This document shows positions 49,774 to 60,053 of a stretch of 64,000 nucleotides of DNA, in pieces. A program made the position numbers and the translations under genes. Location: IMG/VR virus record IMGVR_UViG_3300030493_000012, one strand, 5' to 3'. Every line of letters starts with the position of its first letter. The first letter of the stretch is position 1. Origin of the DNA: a virus. The notes beneath the pieces were generated by a model. The model saw nothing but the letters and a program-made list of their open reading frames with translations. It was not told the DNA's origin and did no database searches.

Positions 49774-51908
49774 ATTTTATTCTTCTTCAATAACCTTCTC
49801 AAAAATTCCAAATTTAAGATACGGAAGTTTTTCATTTTTCTTTGATAACTCTAACCACGAAACAAATCTCCAGCCATTTTGGCCCCAGCTATTTAATATC
49901 TCTAAAACAACAGAAGCGTCTTCCGTGTCAATAAAGGCTATATTGTATTCTAATTTCATTTTTTTAGAAACTAATCTTCCAAATTATCAACCAACGAACT
50001 CTCAATCAACATCTTCTCTCTTTTAGAAGCCTCTTCCCAGCATTTCTTGTGAACTCTAAAGAAATAACTCCTGTTTCTTTTGTTAAAGGGCATTAAACTA
50101 ATGGTTTGGAGAGGTTTACGGAGATTTTTAGCACAAACAGCGCAAATAGTTTTTAAGCCGGGGTCATGGACTGGCTTTTCCGATTTATCCTCAAAATAAC
50201 CAAAAATGTCTTTTCTAGGTTCTATCATCTTTTAACTTTGTTTGTTGTCCATTTCAATCGCTGCCAGCATAAAACTAGCGCCAGAAGACCAGCTAATTTT
50301 CCTTTGTTGGGCTAAGACTTTTTTAAGTTCATTATAAGACATTTTTATTTGACCAAATTCATCTGGCTTCGGAATTACTTCAACATTTGATATAGCTGCA
50401 TCGTGAAGCGCATAAATTTTTTCAAGTGCTTTTTCTGTCATTCTGCCGATTTTCATAAATTAACTTTTCTGGATTTGCATTAAATTTAACATATAACCGA
50501 CCTTTTTATTATGACTTACATCCTCAAAAATGTCAACCAAATCTTCTTCTTCGCGCTCTGTTTCTTGTAAAATACCGCCATTTCTATAAGTACAATCTAA
50601 ACACAAACAAAAAGCCGGATTGCAACTTTTACCACAAATTTGGCAGTTATTGTGTGTTGTTTGTAGAATTTTGTCACTCACAACTTCTTAATTTTCTGCA
50701 CTCTACGTTACTGCTACTACAAATACCTCCAAATCTTCCGCACTTAATAAAATCAATGCCATTAAATTTTCCAGTTTTAATCTCTTTAACCATTTCTTTG
50801 CTTGGAAATCGCGGTAATAGATTTGGATACTTTTCAAAGGAATGAAATTCAGTTTCGGAAGTTAATCCTTCTTTATAACATTTTCGGAACTGGTCTGCAA
50901 AAGGTTTTGTTTGCATATATTAAGGCGCAAATCCTTTAACTTCACCAGCCAGTTTGTGGATTGCAAATTGTTTGTTGTTTTTGACAAATTCAGTAAAATA
51001 ATTGGCATCAGCAACCATGAAATCAATAATTGCCGCAAATTGTTCATCGTCAAGGCTATACATTACAAGCAAATGAGTCTCTGGATTGACCTGAATAATG
51101 CTGTAATATTGCCGCCCCATCGGGCCAACATGATAGCTTGTACAAACAACCTTGTCCTTAAACTGGTCTAATACATCCAGTGAATAAGCGATTGGTACAT
51201 AAAAACACTTCAAATCCTTGTGTCCTAAGTCTCTGTTTACAAACTCAATATAGTCCTGAACAGTAACAACCCCAGCTTTGTGTTGAAAAAGATAACTTTT
51301 ATCTTCGACAAAAGAATAAAAAGCGCGGGTTAGTTTTTGGAAGTCATTATTGGTGGCGTTAAACATATTTTATTTTTAGGCCGCATTTTCGAAGCCGTCA
51401 TTTAGTAGGTGAAAAGAACTCTTTTCTGGCGAGGCTCGCTTACAGAATATTGGTCATCGAGAGTTTGCGGAACAGGAGTATTTATTTTGGTCTCGTCGTT
51501 AATAGCGTCAACCAGAGCAAACAAACAGGCTTTTACTTGCCTAGATTTAATTGCTCGCTTATATGGAGCCATATCTGTTTCTCCAGCGTCTTGGCAAAAT
51601 TTGTCATAATAGCTGTTGGCTAATTCTAGTGTTTTATTTTTGTCAATCATATTTTTGGCGTTCGCGGTTTAATTAAGATTACAGACAACCACCACTATCA
51701 TTTTCATTATAAATAAAAATATTTCCCTTATAATCGTCGGCCACCTTTTCGCCTTCCTCCGTTTGAATGGCATATATTACAGCATGTGTTAACGCTGGAA
51801 TATTAGTTTTATCAAATCCGAGAAATTTTCGGACAATCTTTTCGTTACCATTTTTAATAGTAATAAAACCTTCTGGTTCAAGTTTCCAATTCATAATTTT
51901 GTAAATAA

Positions 51909-52493
51909 CTAAACTGGCCAATAATATTTTTGTGTATCATCTTCTGTCCAACCGAATTTGCTATAATGATTATCACTTATTGTAACACCTAAATCAAGAC
52001 ATTTTCGTTCCAAACGCTCAATATCTTTGTGAGTGAAAACATTTTTTTGAGGATAGCCATTTTCGGAAAACCAAGTATTTATGCTTCTGACTTTTAGAAA
52101 TTTGCGTAATGAATAAGCGGCAGCATCAACCCGGCCCTTAAAAAGCAATCTTGAACGTGTCGAACTGCAAACTTTTTCAAGTCTTTCATCATTAAACCAA
52201 TCTGGATATTTTATGCTTTTTTCTTTAATCAAAATGTCTTTGTCGCAAATACTATCTGGCGAAACATTAATATTGCGAGCAAATAATTCACAAATATTAA
52301 AATAATGATAGAAGGCCACGGCATCATGGCAATTTTTCCACATTTTCATGATTGGGTGTGACTGCCACGCCTCTGATTTGCCAGTTAGTGTGTTATATAT
52401 GGAGACACATTCCAAAGATTGTTTGATGGCGCGTTGATTATCAAGAACTTGCGCCGATTGTTTAAAGTTAGGATATGGCAGAAAAATTTGCAT
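51909..52493 (-). CDS. Pyrimidine dimer DNA glycosylase-like (endonuclease V / MSMEG_6728-like)
   Basis: MQIFLPYPNF..SAQVLD..R..KQ.LE...HPIMKMW; own leaderless promoter 52500-52528. Confidence 0.75.
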   Translation of the reverse strand: MQIFLPYPNFKQSAQVLDNQRAIKQSLECVSIYNTLTGKSEAWQSHPIMKMWKNCHDAVAFYHYFNICELFARNINVSPDSICDKDILIKEKSIKYPDWFNDERLEKVCSSTRSRLLFKGRVDAAAYSLRKFLKVRSINTWFSENGYPQKNVFTHKDIERLERKCLDLGVTISDNHYSKFGWTEDDTQKYYWPV

Positions 52494-52591
52494 ATTTAAA
52501 GTCTAATCTATTAACAACTAAAAGTCAATCTTTATTGTTAAGCGTGTGTAAAGTTTTGAGGCTAAGTATGTTTTGGAGTGTAAATTGAAGT

Positions 52592-52780
52592 ATGAAGGCA
52601 TTTTTAATTATTGTTTTAGCCTTAACTACCACAATCTGCTTTTCAACACAGCCTGAAACTCCAAAATGCCAACAGCAAGGTGTTTGTCAAGGAAAAGGTA
52701 AAATGCATCAATTTGGCAAGAAAAATGGCGGCAAAGGTATGCAAAAAGGTAATTGCCAGAAATGCACTAAGACTTCTTGA
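52592..52780 (+). CDS. Small secreted Gly/Lys/Gln-rich cationic peptide with 4 Cys in the mature region
   Basis: Signal peptide MKAFLIIVLALTTTICFS; GTGTAAATT-N5-ATG; antisense to neighbours. Confidence 0.6.
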   Translation: MKAFLIIVLALTTTICFSTQPETPKCQQQGVCQGKGKMHQFGKKNGGKGMQKGNCQKCTKTS

Positions 52781-52982
52781 ATTTGTATTCACCACACCAA
52801 CTATCTGAAATTACAAGCGGCCAAAAATCTCCTTGGCCGCTTTGATACTTTTTCTGACTTTGATTTGGCGGAAATCGTTGGCAAGTACCTTCTGACAAGT
52901 TTAAACAACCATGTGGGAAAATATTTCCTTTTAGTTTAAAAAAGAATTTACAAGTACCGCAATTTTGGTTTTTCTTCATATT

Positions 52983-53951
52983 TTATAGAATAACCTGATA
53001 TTCAACAGTTTTTAAAGCAGATAAATCTCGACCGCCAGCATAAGAAACACTAGATTTTAGGCTTTGCTCTATTCTCTTCATTTTAGCCGCGATTGTCAAG
53101 CCTGAATCTTTGACTTTCGTAACTGTTCCTTCTACAAAATCATAATGCCCTTTGGCCATTGAGGTTGAATTTCCGAAATAACCAGTTAGTTGAGCAGGAG
53201 AATCAGAACATTGACTAAATAAACTACCTGACATAACATAATCTGCTCCAAACCTTATGCTTTTAGCGACATCGCCTGTCCAAATATCTCCATCTGAGCC
53301 TATTGTCAAACCGCCATCTGCAATAATTTTGATTTTATTTGCTGCGTGTTTGCATTTTACTAGGTCGGTTATCGTGGACGACGAAAATCCAGTAAATTCT
53401 CTAGTTCGGCAGGCTCCTTTGCTGACACCAATGAACATTTTGGCGTAATCACAACCCAAATTTTCTAGCCAATTAATCCAGTGTGGACTATCACCATTTC
53501 CAACAATTAGATAACATCCAATTTCCTCTTTAATCTTCTTAACAAAAGGAATCAATCTATCAGTCCAAGAGTGCGCCAAATCAATAGTTATAACATCAAC
53601 TCTAAATTTTGAACTAATAATAAAGTCTAAAAATTCATCGTCTTCTTCTTTAATCCCAATACTTGGTGACACAAAATTCCAGTTTTCAGCATTAGTTCTG
53701 GCAATGTACTTTTTTTGGCTATCAATTCCGCCTAATCTCGGAAATACATGAAACCATCCATTGTAGTCAAAAACGCTACAAAGTTCAATATCTACAATAG
53801 CGGGCATATTACTTGGAAAAACTGGACAATTTATTTTCTTGCCAGCTATTTCAGTAGTAATGTCACATTCAGAGCGCGAATCTACAATACATTTTCGGCT
53901 TTTCAAAACAATATTCTTATAGTTTAAGGCGAATGGAATGTTTTCAAACAT
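52983..53951 (-). CDS. guaC: GMP reductase (IMPDH/GuaC family)
   Basis: PSNM.AIVD; ITIDLAHS; IVGNG; IGVSKGACRTR; IIADGG; GDVAKSIRFGADYVMSGSLF; LKSSVSYAG. Confidence 0.8.
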   Translation of the reverse strand: MFENIPFALNYKNIVLKSRKCIVDSRSECDITTEIAGKKINCPVFPSNMPAIVDIELCSVFDYNGWFHVFPRLGGIDSQKKYIARTNAENWNFVSPSIGIKEEDDEFLDFIISSKFRVDVITIDLAHSWTDRLIPFVKKIKEEIGCYLIVGNGDSPHWINWLENLGCDYAKMFIGVSKGACRTREFTGFSSSTITDLVKCKHAANKIKIIADGGLTIGSDGDIWTGDVAKSIRFGADYVMSGSLFSQCSDSPAQLTGYFGNSTSMAKGHYDFVEGTVTKVKDSGLTIAAKMKRIEQSLKSSVSYAGGRDLSALKTVEYQVIL

Positions 53952-53954
53952 ATT

Positions 53955-55559
53955 TTAGTTTAACCTCCAAGATTCCTCAATTTTCTCGGTCTCAATTCTC
54001 CAAATTCTAATATTCTCGGAACTCAAATTCCTAATTACAGCCATTTGTTTGGCGTTTTCAACACATCTTTCAAAATTGTCAAATTCTCCATTTATAGGAA
54101 GCCAAGAACCACCTGAATCACGACCATAGATTTGATATTTGTAAATTTTCATGACTCTAGCACGAAAACTTGTTTAGCCACGGCTAATGGTTCTTTAATT
54201 TTCTTATAATAATAATGCTTGCCAGCCTTCAAATCTTCAATTTCAGCCTCGGCATCATCTTTCCTGTTATAAATTTCGTAACCATCCGGCCCCAAAATCT
54301 GCCACTTACCTTTTCTGAAAATGCAAACTACATAGCCGGATTCTATCCCCTGCAATACATAGCTTGTAATAAAACTCTCGCCGTCTGCTGGGTATAAATG
54401 CTGGCCAAGAATTGCCTTTGAACCTCCAATATAATATTTTTCTTTCATATTTTGTCAAAAATTTTGTCCATATTTTAATAAAAGGATGCAATATTCGGAA
54501 TCAACTTTTTAGCCTTTTTGAGCCAGTCTTTTTTCCACTTAATTTGTGAAGGACTTTCGGCTTTCCAAATTTCAATAATTTCAAAACAGCCATCAACCAA
54601 TTCTTCTAGTTTTTTGCATTTTTCAGCCTTATAATGGTATTTTATATACCTTAATTCTTCTTGCAAGCCAATTATAATTTCCTCATTACAAAGTTCTTGA
54701 ACACCATACTCAACAAAGCCAATTTTTTCTTCCAAATCGCAACAATACCTGATGGCCGACTGTAAATCTTTGAAAACTTTGGCGTTTGCTGGCGGCTCAA
54801 AGTAATAAACAGAAGCAGAACCTTCCCAAACTCTGTATTTTAGGTCTTTTGGGCTTTGATAATAAATTATTCTATTATCGGCACTCATGCTATTTTTACT
54901 TTTATTGGAGCACTTAATTCAACGGCATTTTTAACTGTTTTACGCTGTCTAAGAAACAAATCAACCTGTTTTTTATTATCAAACAACCAAAGATAGCGCA
55001 CAACCGGCTTGTGTCCGTTGCACAAATCAAACAACGCATAACAAGACTTACCCGCAACATCGTTAATTTCAAGTTTTATTGGTGCGCTTAATGTCGCAGA
55101 ATAGTTTCTTTTATCAAATTTGATATGCTCTAAAGCCTGTTCTTTGGTGTCAAACCAGCAATGGTATCTCCGAGACAATTGGTATGGATTAGCAAGGTCA
55201 AAAACAACATAAAACTCACTATTTTCAGGATGATATTCTGAAAAATTAGTTCTGTTTAATTCGTAATCAATTCTTTTGATTGCCTCATTCAAATATATCA
55301 TTCTCTCGTCGTCTTCAAAAATTCCATCGCCTTTGGTGGAGGCTCTATATACTTGGTTATATTTTTTATTAACAAGCACTTCGGCTGTGAATTTTCCGTG
55401 CCTAAGCCTCAAATAACCAACCTCTCGACCGTTTCTATAAACAGAATATTGTTCTGGACAAGCCCCGCCGCATTCAAGTCTATAACCGTTGATTACAAAT
55501 TCGCTCATAATTAAAGAATAGCGTATTTCGAAAAAAGAGTCAAGGTTCAAATTTGACAA
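53955..55559 (-). other. Block of hypothetical ORFs
   Basis: ORF track. Confidence 0.6.
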
Positions 55560-55893
55560 TCCTAACTGGTTTATGCTGGCCTGTTGCTAAATCCAGACTG
55601 TGCTTACTCCCTCGGCTCATCCCGTCCCAAAATATTACGAATTCGTCTGCTGTGTCCACGATTTTCTTATTTCTGATAAACCCGGCACTTTTGCCATATA
55701 ATTGCCAGTCTGGTTTGAATATAATTTTCGGAATATTATGATTATAAGCAAAATTAGCACTCAAAGAATCTGCTCCTAAAGCCTCACCGCTAACTATGGC
55801 CTCAATTTTTGTAATGTCGAAATTTTCAAGGATATATTTTTCCAACATTGGATAATCTCGAAAAGTTCTTGAGCCTATAATTGCAAGTTTCAT
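55540..55893 (-). CDS. SLOG-family (YspA/DUF2493-like) protein
   Basis: LAIIGSRTF...IVSGEALGAD...GKSAGFIRN..IV...FWDG.SRGS. Confidence 0.85.
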   Translation of the reverse strand: MKLAIIGSRTFRDYPMLEKYILENFDITKIEAIVSGEALGADSLSANFAYNHNIPKIIFKPDWQLYGKSAGFIRNKKIVDTADEFVIFWDGMSRGSKHSLDLATGQHKPVRIVKFEP

Positions 55894-55895
55894 GC

Positions 55896-56366
55896 TTATA
55901 AATAAAACGAACTGAATTTTGTATTTTCGGACTTCTTGAAAACAACTAAAATCAAAGGCTGAGGCAAGCCGTGTTTAGCGTCACTAAATTTCGGCCTACC
56001 ACAAATAAACTTCAATTCGGCGGCTTTCATGCAATAATTAGCAAACCATTTGGTGTTAGTGCGGCTAGGGATAAGCATTACAACAGTCAAATCTGGATTA
56101 TCTTGCGTCTCAAAATAAGCCTTTTTAATCCAATCAACCATTTTGGATTTTTTATCGCCATAAGGAGGATTCAGCCAGCAAATTCCTGTCCATTTTTGTT
56201 TTAAGCCATCATCTTGTTCTGTGTAAAATTTCTGACATAAAGCATTGTCTTTGGAAGCGGCTAAGTCACATTCAAAATTAAACTCTTGATTTAGCTTGTC
56301 AAACAGAACTTTTGGAGTATTCCAATCTTGCCTAATTGACGCAAATTTGTTATTGAAATTAGCCAT
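55896..56366 (-). CDS. Phage DNA N6-adenine methyltransferase (Dam-like; start revised to MANFNN)
   Basis: QDWNTP...FECDLAAS..NA...WLNPPYG...VMLIPSRT. Confidence 0.9.
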   Translation of the reverse strand: MANFNNKFASIRQDWNTPKVLFDKLNQEFNFECDLAASKDNALCQKFYTEQDDGLKQKWTGICWLNPPYGDKKSKMVDWIKKAYFETQDNPDLTVVMLIPSRTNTKWFANYCMKAAELKFICGRPKFSDAKHGLPQPLILVVFKKSENTKFSSFYL

Positions 56367-56370
56367 ATTT

Positions 56371-57473
56371 TTAAGAAACCCAAAGATAACCATTTCCACA
56401 AGATGGACATTTCACATGATAGGCACCTTCTGGCGAATCGCGGTCAACTAACAAAGTCGCTTCATTTTCGGAACATTCTATTAGACAACCACAATGCTGA
56501 CACCTACCACGCAATTTCTTTTGTTTTTTAGGTTTGCTGATAATTTTCATAATTAGTCTTTTGCCTCCCAAAAAGTCTCGTCAAACCATATAAAATTCTT
56601 TTTAGAAGGTTTAACTGGTTTCGCGCTGTATAAAGTATTCAAACTGACAACCTGTATTCCTAAAACATAATCTGGATTAAACAAATCGCACTTTTCTAGG
56701 TTATCACATAAAACATCTACGTCATCGAAAACACCCATAACTGCATGAGCGTCAAGGTCATAAAAGTATTGGAACAATATATAGATTTTAGTTTTTGGTT
56801 TCATTTTTCTTTAAATACAAAATAAGCGTCATAACTCTCACAATAAGCCGGTTTATCATATTCAACTTCCCAGCCATTTTGTTGATAAGCCGATTCGACA
56901 TTCAGCCAATTATAATTAAAATCAATTCCGTCTGGCATTAATTGCCTAATTAAGTTTTCAGCGTCTTTTTGAACCACTTTCGCTTGTTTGTTGTAGTAAT
57001 TCTCGGAAATTAGCTTATTGAAAGCCTCAAAAACAAAATCTGGAATTTCTTGCTTATTAGCTGCTTCAACTGGGGTTATTGGTTTTATTTTGTTCATTTT
57101 TCTGTTTTGCCATTCCTAATCTAAGTTTTTCTTCTAAAGCGGCGGAATCTTCGCGCCACTGTTTAACATGTTCAACAAGATAATTATTACCTAAAACCTC
57201 TGGAATGTCAACTGGTAATTTTGAATTTTCGTAAATCGCATCTTCAATACTCCACGTTTGAATGTTAATTTTGACACCAGACCTAACATATTTAGCGCCA
57301 ACAACATTATAATAAGGCTCTTTGGTTTTGTCTCTAACTAAGACCTGTAAACAGCCATCGTAATACGCTGGCATACCATAAACAGCCAAAATATCATGAT
57401 TTCCAACACAAACCTCTTCTTCACCGCTTGAGTCGGCTTTATTTAGGAGTTGGATTAAGTCTTTTGTTTTCAT
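56371..57473 (-). other. Block of hypothetical ORFs
   Basis: ORF track. Confidence 0.6.
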
Positions 57474-57476
57474 TTT

Positions 57477-58580
57477 TTAACATTTTTCCCAAAATAACTT
57501 GCCTTCTTCTTCTGTTGATGGCTGACCAATATATTCAAAAGAATAACATAATCTATCATCCTGTCTCCATGTCGAAGATTTTGTAGATGAATTTCCCATT
57601 TTTGACATTTTACCTTTGCTTGTGACTCTCCATTTATCTGATTTATTTCTATAGGCAATCATGGCCGGATGAGTAGTTCTGCTATAATATTTTCCATTAT
57701 TGCTTTTAATAATCGAGCCAAAATAGTCGGAAATTCTTACACCTATTCCTAATCCTTGATAATCAGGAAGAACTACTGTTCGACTCTCTCTCCATGCGTT
57801 CTTTAGTTTTGCATGAGGAAAAGATAGAATGGCCGTCAAGGCCACTGGATTATCATTCCACATAACCATAAAACATTTAGCCGCCTTATTCAAATCCGCA
57901 CTCAAATAATGATGGTGTTTAAAAAGCTGCCACGCTTCATATTTTGCTCTGAAAATCTTAAGTGAAATTTGAGGTCGCTGAAGAGACCCCCTTGGCATCA
58001 AATGAGTAATGCCTTCTGTTGGATTGTAAATCCAGTCTGGTTGTAGCCATTCAATAATATCAGAGTGACATGAGGCTAAAACAATTTTCTTATTGTTCTT
58101 TCTTACATATTTCTGTAAAGCATTACTGGCTGATTTTGCGACATTTCTATCCACTACCGATGTAAATTCATCTATAATTGCCAAATCGTTATTTTGAGCT
58201 ATTGTCAAGGCTAAATTAGCTCTGAATTGTTCGCCATTACTTAAACAATGAAAAGGTCTTAACCAAGAAGGAATAGAACTTAGTCCAACAGAACTTAAAA
58301 TTTCAGCCGCGCTTTCTGGAGTAGTTATTTGATTAAAATTACTTATAATTGGCAAATCAGACCAAGAATTTTGGCTGGTTTGTCCGAATTTTTTCAAAAT
58401 AGTAGATTTTCCGCTGCCAGATGGCCCATAAATCAGTCCAATATTAAAATTTTCTGGAACATCCAGATTATCAATGATTTGAGTTTCCGAAAAGTCAGCG
58501 ACCGGAACATCAAACATTTTGTTGGCAAACTCTGTAAAATTATCTTTTACAATAGGCGTTTTGAGACTAATAACGTTCAT
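57477..58580 (-). CDS. ABC-type ATPase fused to GNAT (Mom-like) acetyltransferase
   Basis: Walker A GPSGSGKS, signature LSNGEQ, Walker B IIDEF, H-loop SCH; GNAT HHYLS...SRTVVLPDYQGLGIG. Confidence 0.85.
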   Translation of the reverse strand: MNVISLKTPIVKDNFTEFANKMFDVPVADFSETQIIDNLDVPENFNIGLIYGPSGSGKSTILKKFGQTSQNSWSDLPIISNFNQITTPESAAEILSSVGLSSIPSWLRPFHCLSNGEQFRANLALTIAQNNDLAIIDEFTSVVDRNVAKSASNALQKYVRKNNKKIVLASCHSDIIEWLQPDWIYNPTEGITHLMPRGSLQRPQISLKIFRAKYEAWQLFKHHHYLSADLNKAAKCFMVMWNDNPVALTAILSFPHAKLKNAWRESRTVVLPDYQGLGIGVRISDYFGSIIKSNNGKYYSRTTHPAMIAYRNKSDKWRVTSKGKMSKMGNSSTKSSTWRQDDRLCYSFEYIGQPSTEEEGKLFWEKC

Positions 58581-58611
58581 TTTTAAATTCTAAACTATTA
58601 AAACAAAAGAA

Positions 58612-59064
58612 TCAAGCAAAAACATCGTTTCTGATAATAAATTTCTCAACGTCACGCCTTTTAACCAAAGCGCCCAAACTCTCGTATTTCTTATTTCTGA
58701 TAGTCTTCAAAACCAAATTTGGCTCATTCTTTTTCACAAACTGATATAAACCACCTACATCATACCACAAGAAAGTCTTATCCTGAATATAATAATAAAC
58801 AAAATACTTTACTTTGTCCTCAAATGCTCTATAAACCCCACCTTTTGTTTGTTTGTCAACATTCGAAACTAGCTCAATAAACAGATTAGGTGTTTCGCAC
58901 ATTTTCCACGAATCAAGTTTTAGCTCAATTCCATCGCCATCCAGTGAAAAATCCCATTTTAAGCCATCTTCTTTTTTAACACCTAAATAGGCGTAATATT
59001 TGAAAAAATCAGCCTCGCCTATTTTGCCTGCGGCTTTTTGTTTTGCAAATCCAAATATTGGCAT
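58612..59064 (-). CDS. Putative PD-(D/E)XK-like endonuclease
   Basis: WDFSLDGDGIELKLD...NLFIEL...GG...YFVYY. Confidence 0.55.
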   Translation of the reverse strand: MPIFGFAKQKAAGKIGEADFFKYYAYLGVKKEDGLKWDFSLDGDGIELKLDSWKMCETPNLFIELVSNVDKQTKGGVYRAFEDKVKYFVYYYIQDKTFLWYDVGGLYQFVKKNEPNLVLKTIRNKKYESLGALVKRRDVEKFIIRNDVFA

Positions 59065-59069
59065 ATTGT

Positions 59070-60053
59070 TTAAAAATCAAACAAATCTTCCGCTGTTTGC
59101 GTTTTCGTAACATGATATTTAGCGAAAGCTGGACAACCTTCGAAATGCTTTGTCTCAAATTTACCGCTCTTTGGTTTGAATAAGGTTTTTTCCTTGCCTA
59201 CAATATAATAATCAAAAGGATGTTTAAAGGGGCATTGGTACATTAAAGACAAATCTTTTTTTAATTGGCCGATTTCTTTGCCTCTGCCGCACATTAAAGG
59301 CCCGCCAAAACTACCATCTTTAGGATAATCTTTGTTTGCGGCCATGTCAAGTTTAGCTAAATCAAAATTCAAACCACCAATTTTCTTGGCTTGTTGCTCT
59401 AAAGTCATTTCAAAACCATCTAGTTCTGAGTCTGTAAATGGTTTAATCTCTAAAAATGGGTCGTCAGGCTGTCTAAGAAAGATAAACTTAATTCGCGCTG
59501 GCTTCTTGTATTTTTCTCTAATATATAAAGAATATACAAGCCCTTGAATATTAGCATCTAATTCTTCGCCCGCAAACTTTTTTTGGGACGATTTAAAGTC
59601 TCGAATTTCAATGAATTCACCATAATCAACATAAGCGTCAATTACGCCATTAACTTTAAAGTTTTCGCGGTCTAAACAAAACCTGCTTTCTGCTTTGAAT
59701 CTTTTTCCGCCTTCGCATAGAAAATCTGCCTTAAACCCAACTAAAACCATATCTTTAATCAATTCTTCTGAATTTTCATTTTTATGGCTTAATACAGGAA
59801 CATGATATTCTTGGATTGTTTTCTTAATAAATTCAATACACGAATTTGTCAGCGTGTTTGTGGCAATAATCTGCTTAACTTCATTCTCAAACTCTGGCTC
59901 CGAATAAACCTCTAATATTTTGTGAGTGGCAGAACCAATCATCAAAGCCGGTGATGGCTGTTGCGGAATCTTTAAAACGTACTGAAACCAGTACATGACA
60001 TTACAACTATCGAATGTTTTAAGTTTAGAAGCTGATAATGCTGGTTTAATCAT
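59070..60053 (-). CDS. PD-(D/E)XK RecB/Cas4-like exonuclease
   Basis: LSASKLKTFDSC; GSATHKILE; GVIDAY...IRDFKSS; QGLVY; C-terminal Cys cluster. Confidence 0.8.
   Translation of the reverse strand: MIKPALSASKLKTFDSCNVMYWFQYVLKIPQQPSPALMIGSATHKILEVYSEPEFENEVKQIIATNTLTNSCIEFIKKTIQEYHVPVLSHKNENSEELIKDMVLVGFKADFLCEGGKRFKAESRFCLDRENFKVNGVIDAYVDYGEFIEIRDFKSSQKKFAGEELDANIQGLVYSLYIREKYKKPARIKFIFLRQPDDPFLEIKPFTDSELDGFEMTLEQQAKKIGGLNFDLAKLDMAANKDYPKDGSFGGPLMCGRGKEIGQLKKDLSLMYQCPFKHPFDYYIVGKEKTLFKPKSGKFETKHFEGCPAFAKYHVTKTQTAEDLFDF

Noticed and set aside
57470-57658. Alternative-frame ORF overlapping the ABC-GNAT 3' end (likewise 219..404, 12063..12284, 31604..31843)
   Set aside because: Fully nested in other frames of better-supported genes
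59070-60053. Cas4-based CRISPR adaptation module
   Set aside because: No cas1/cas2 or array; solo Cas4-like exonucleases are common in phage replication operons
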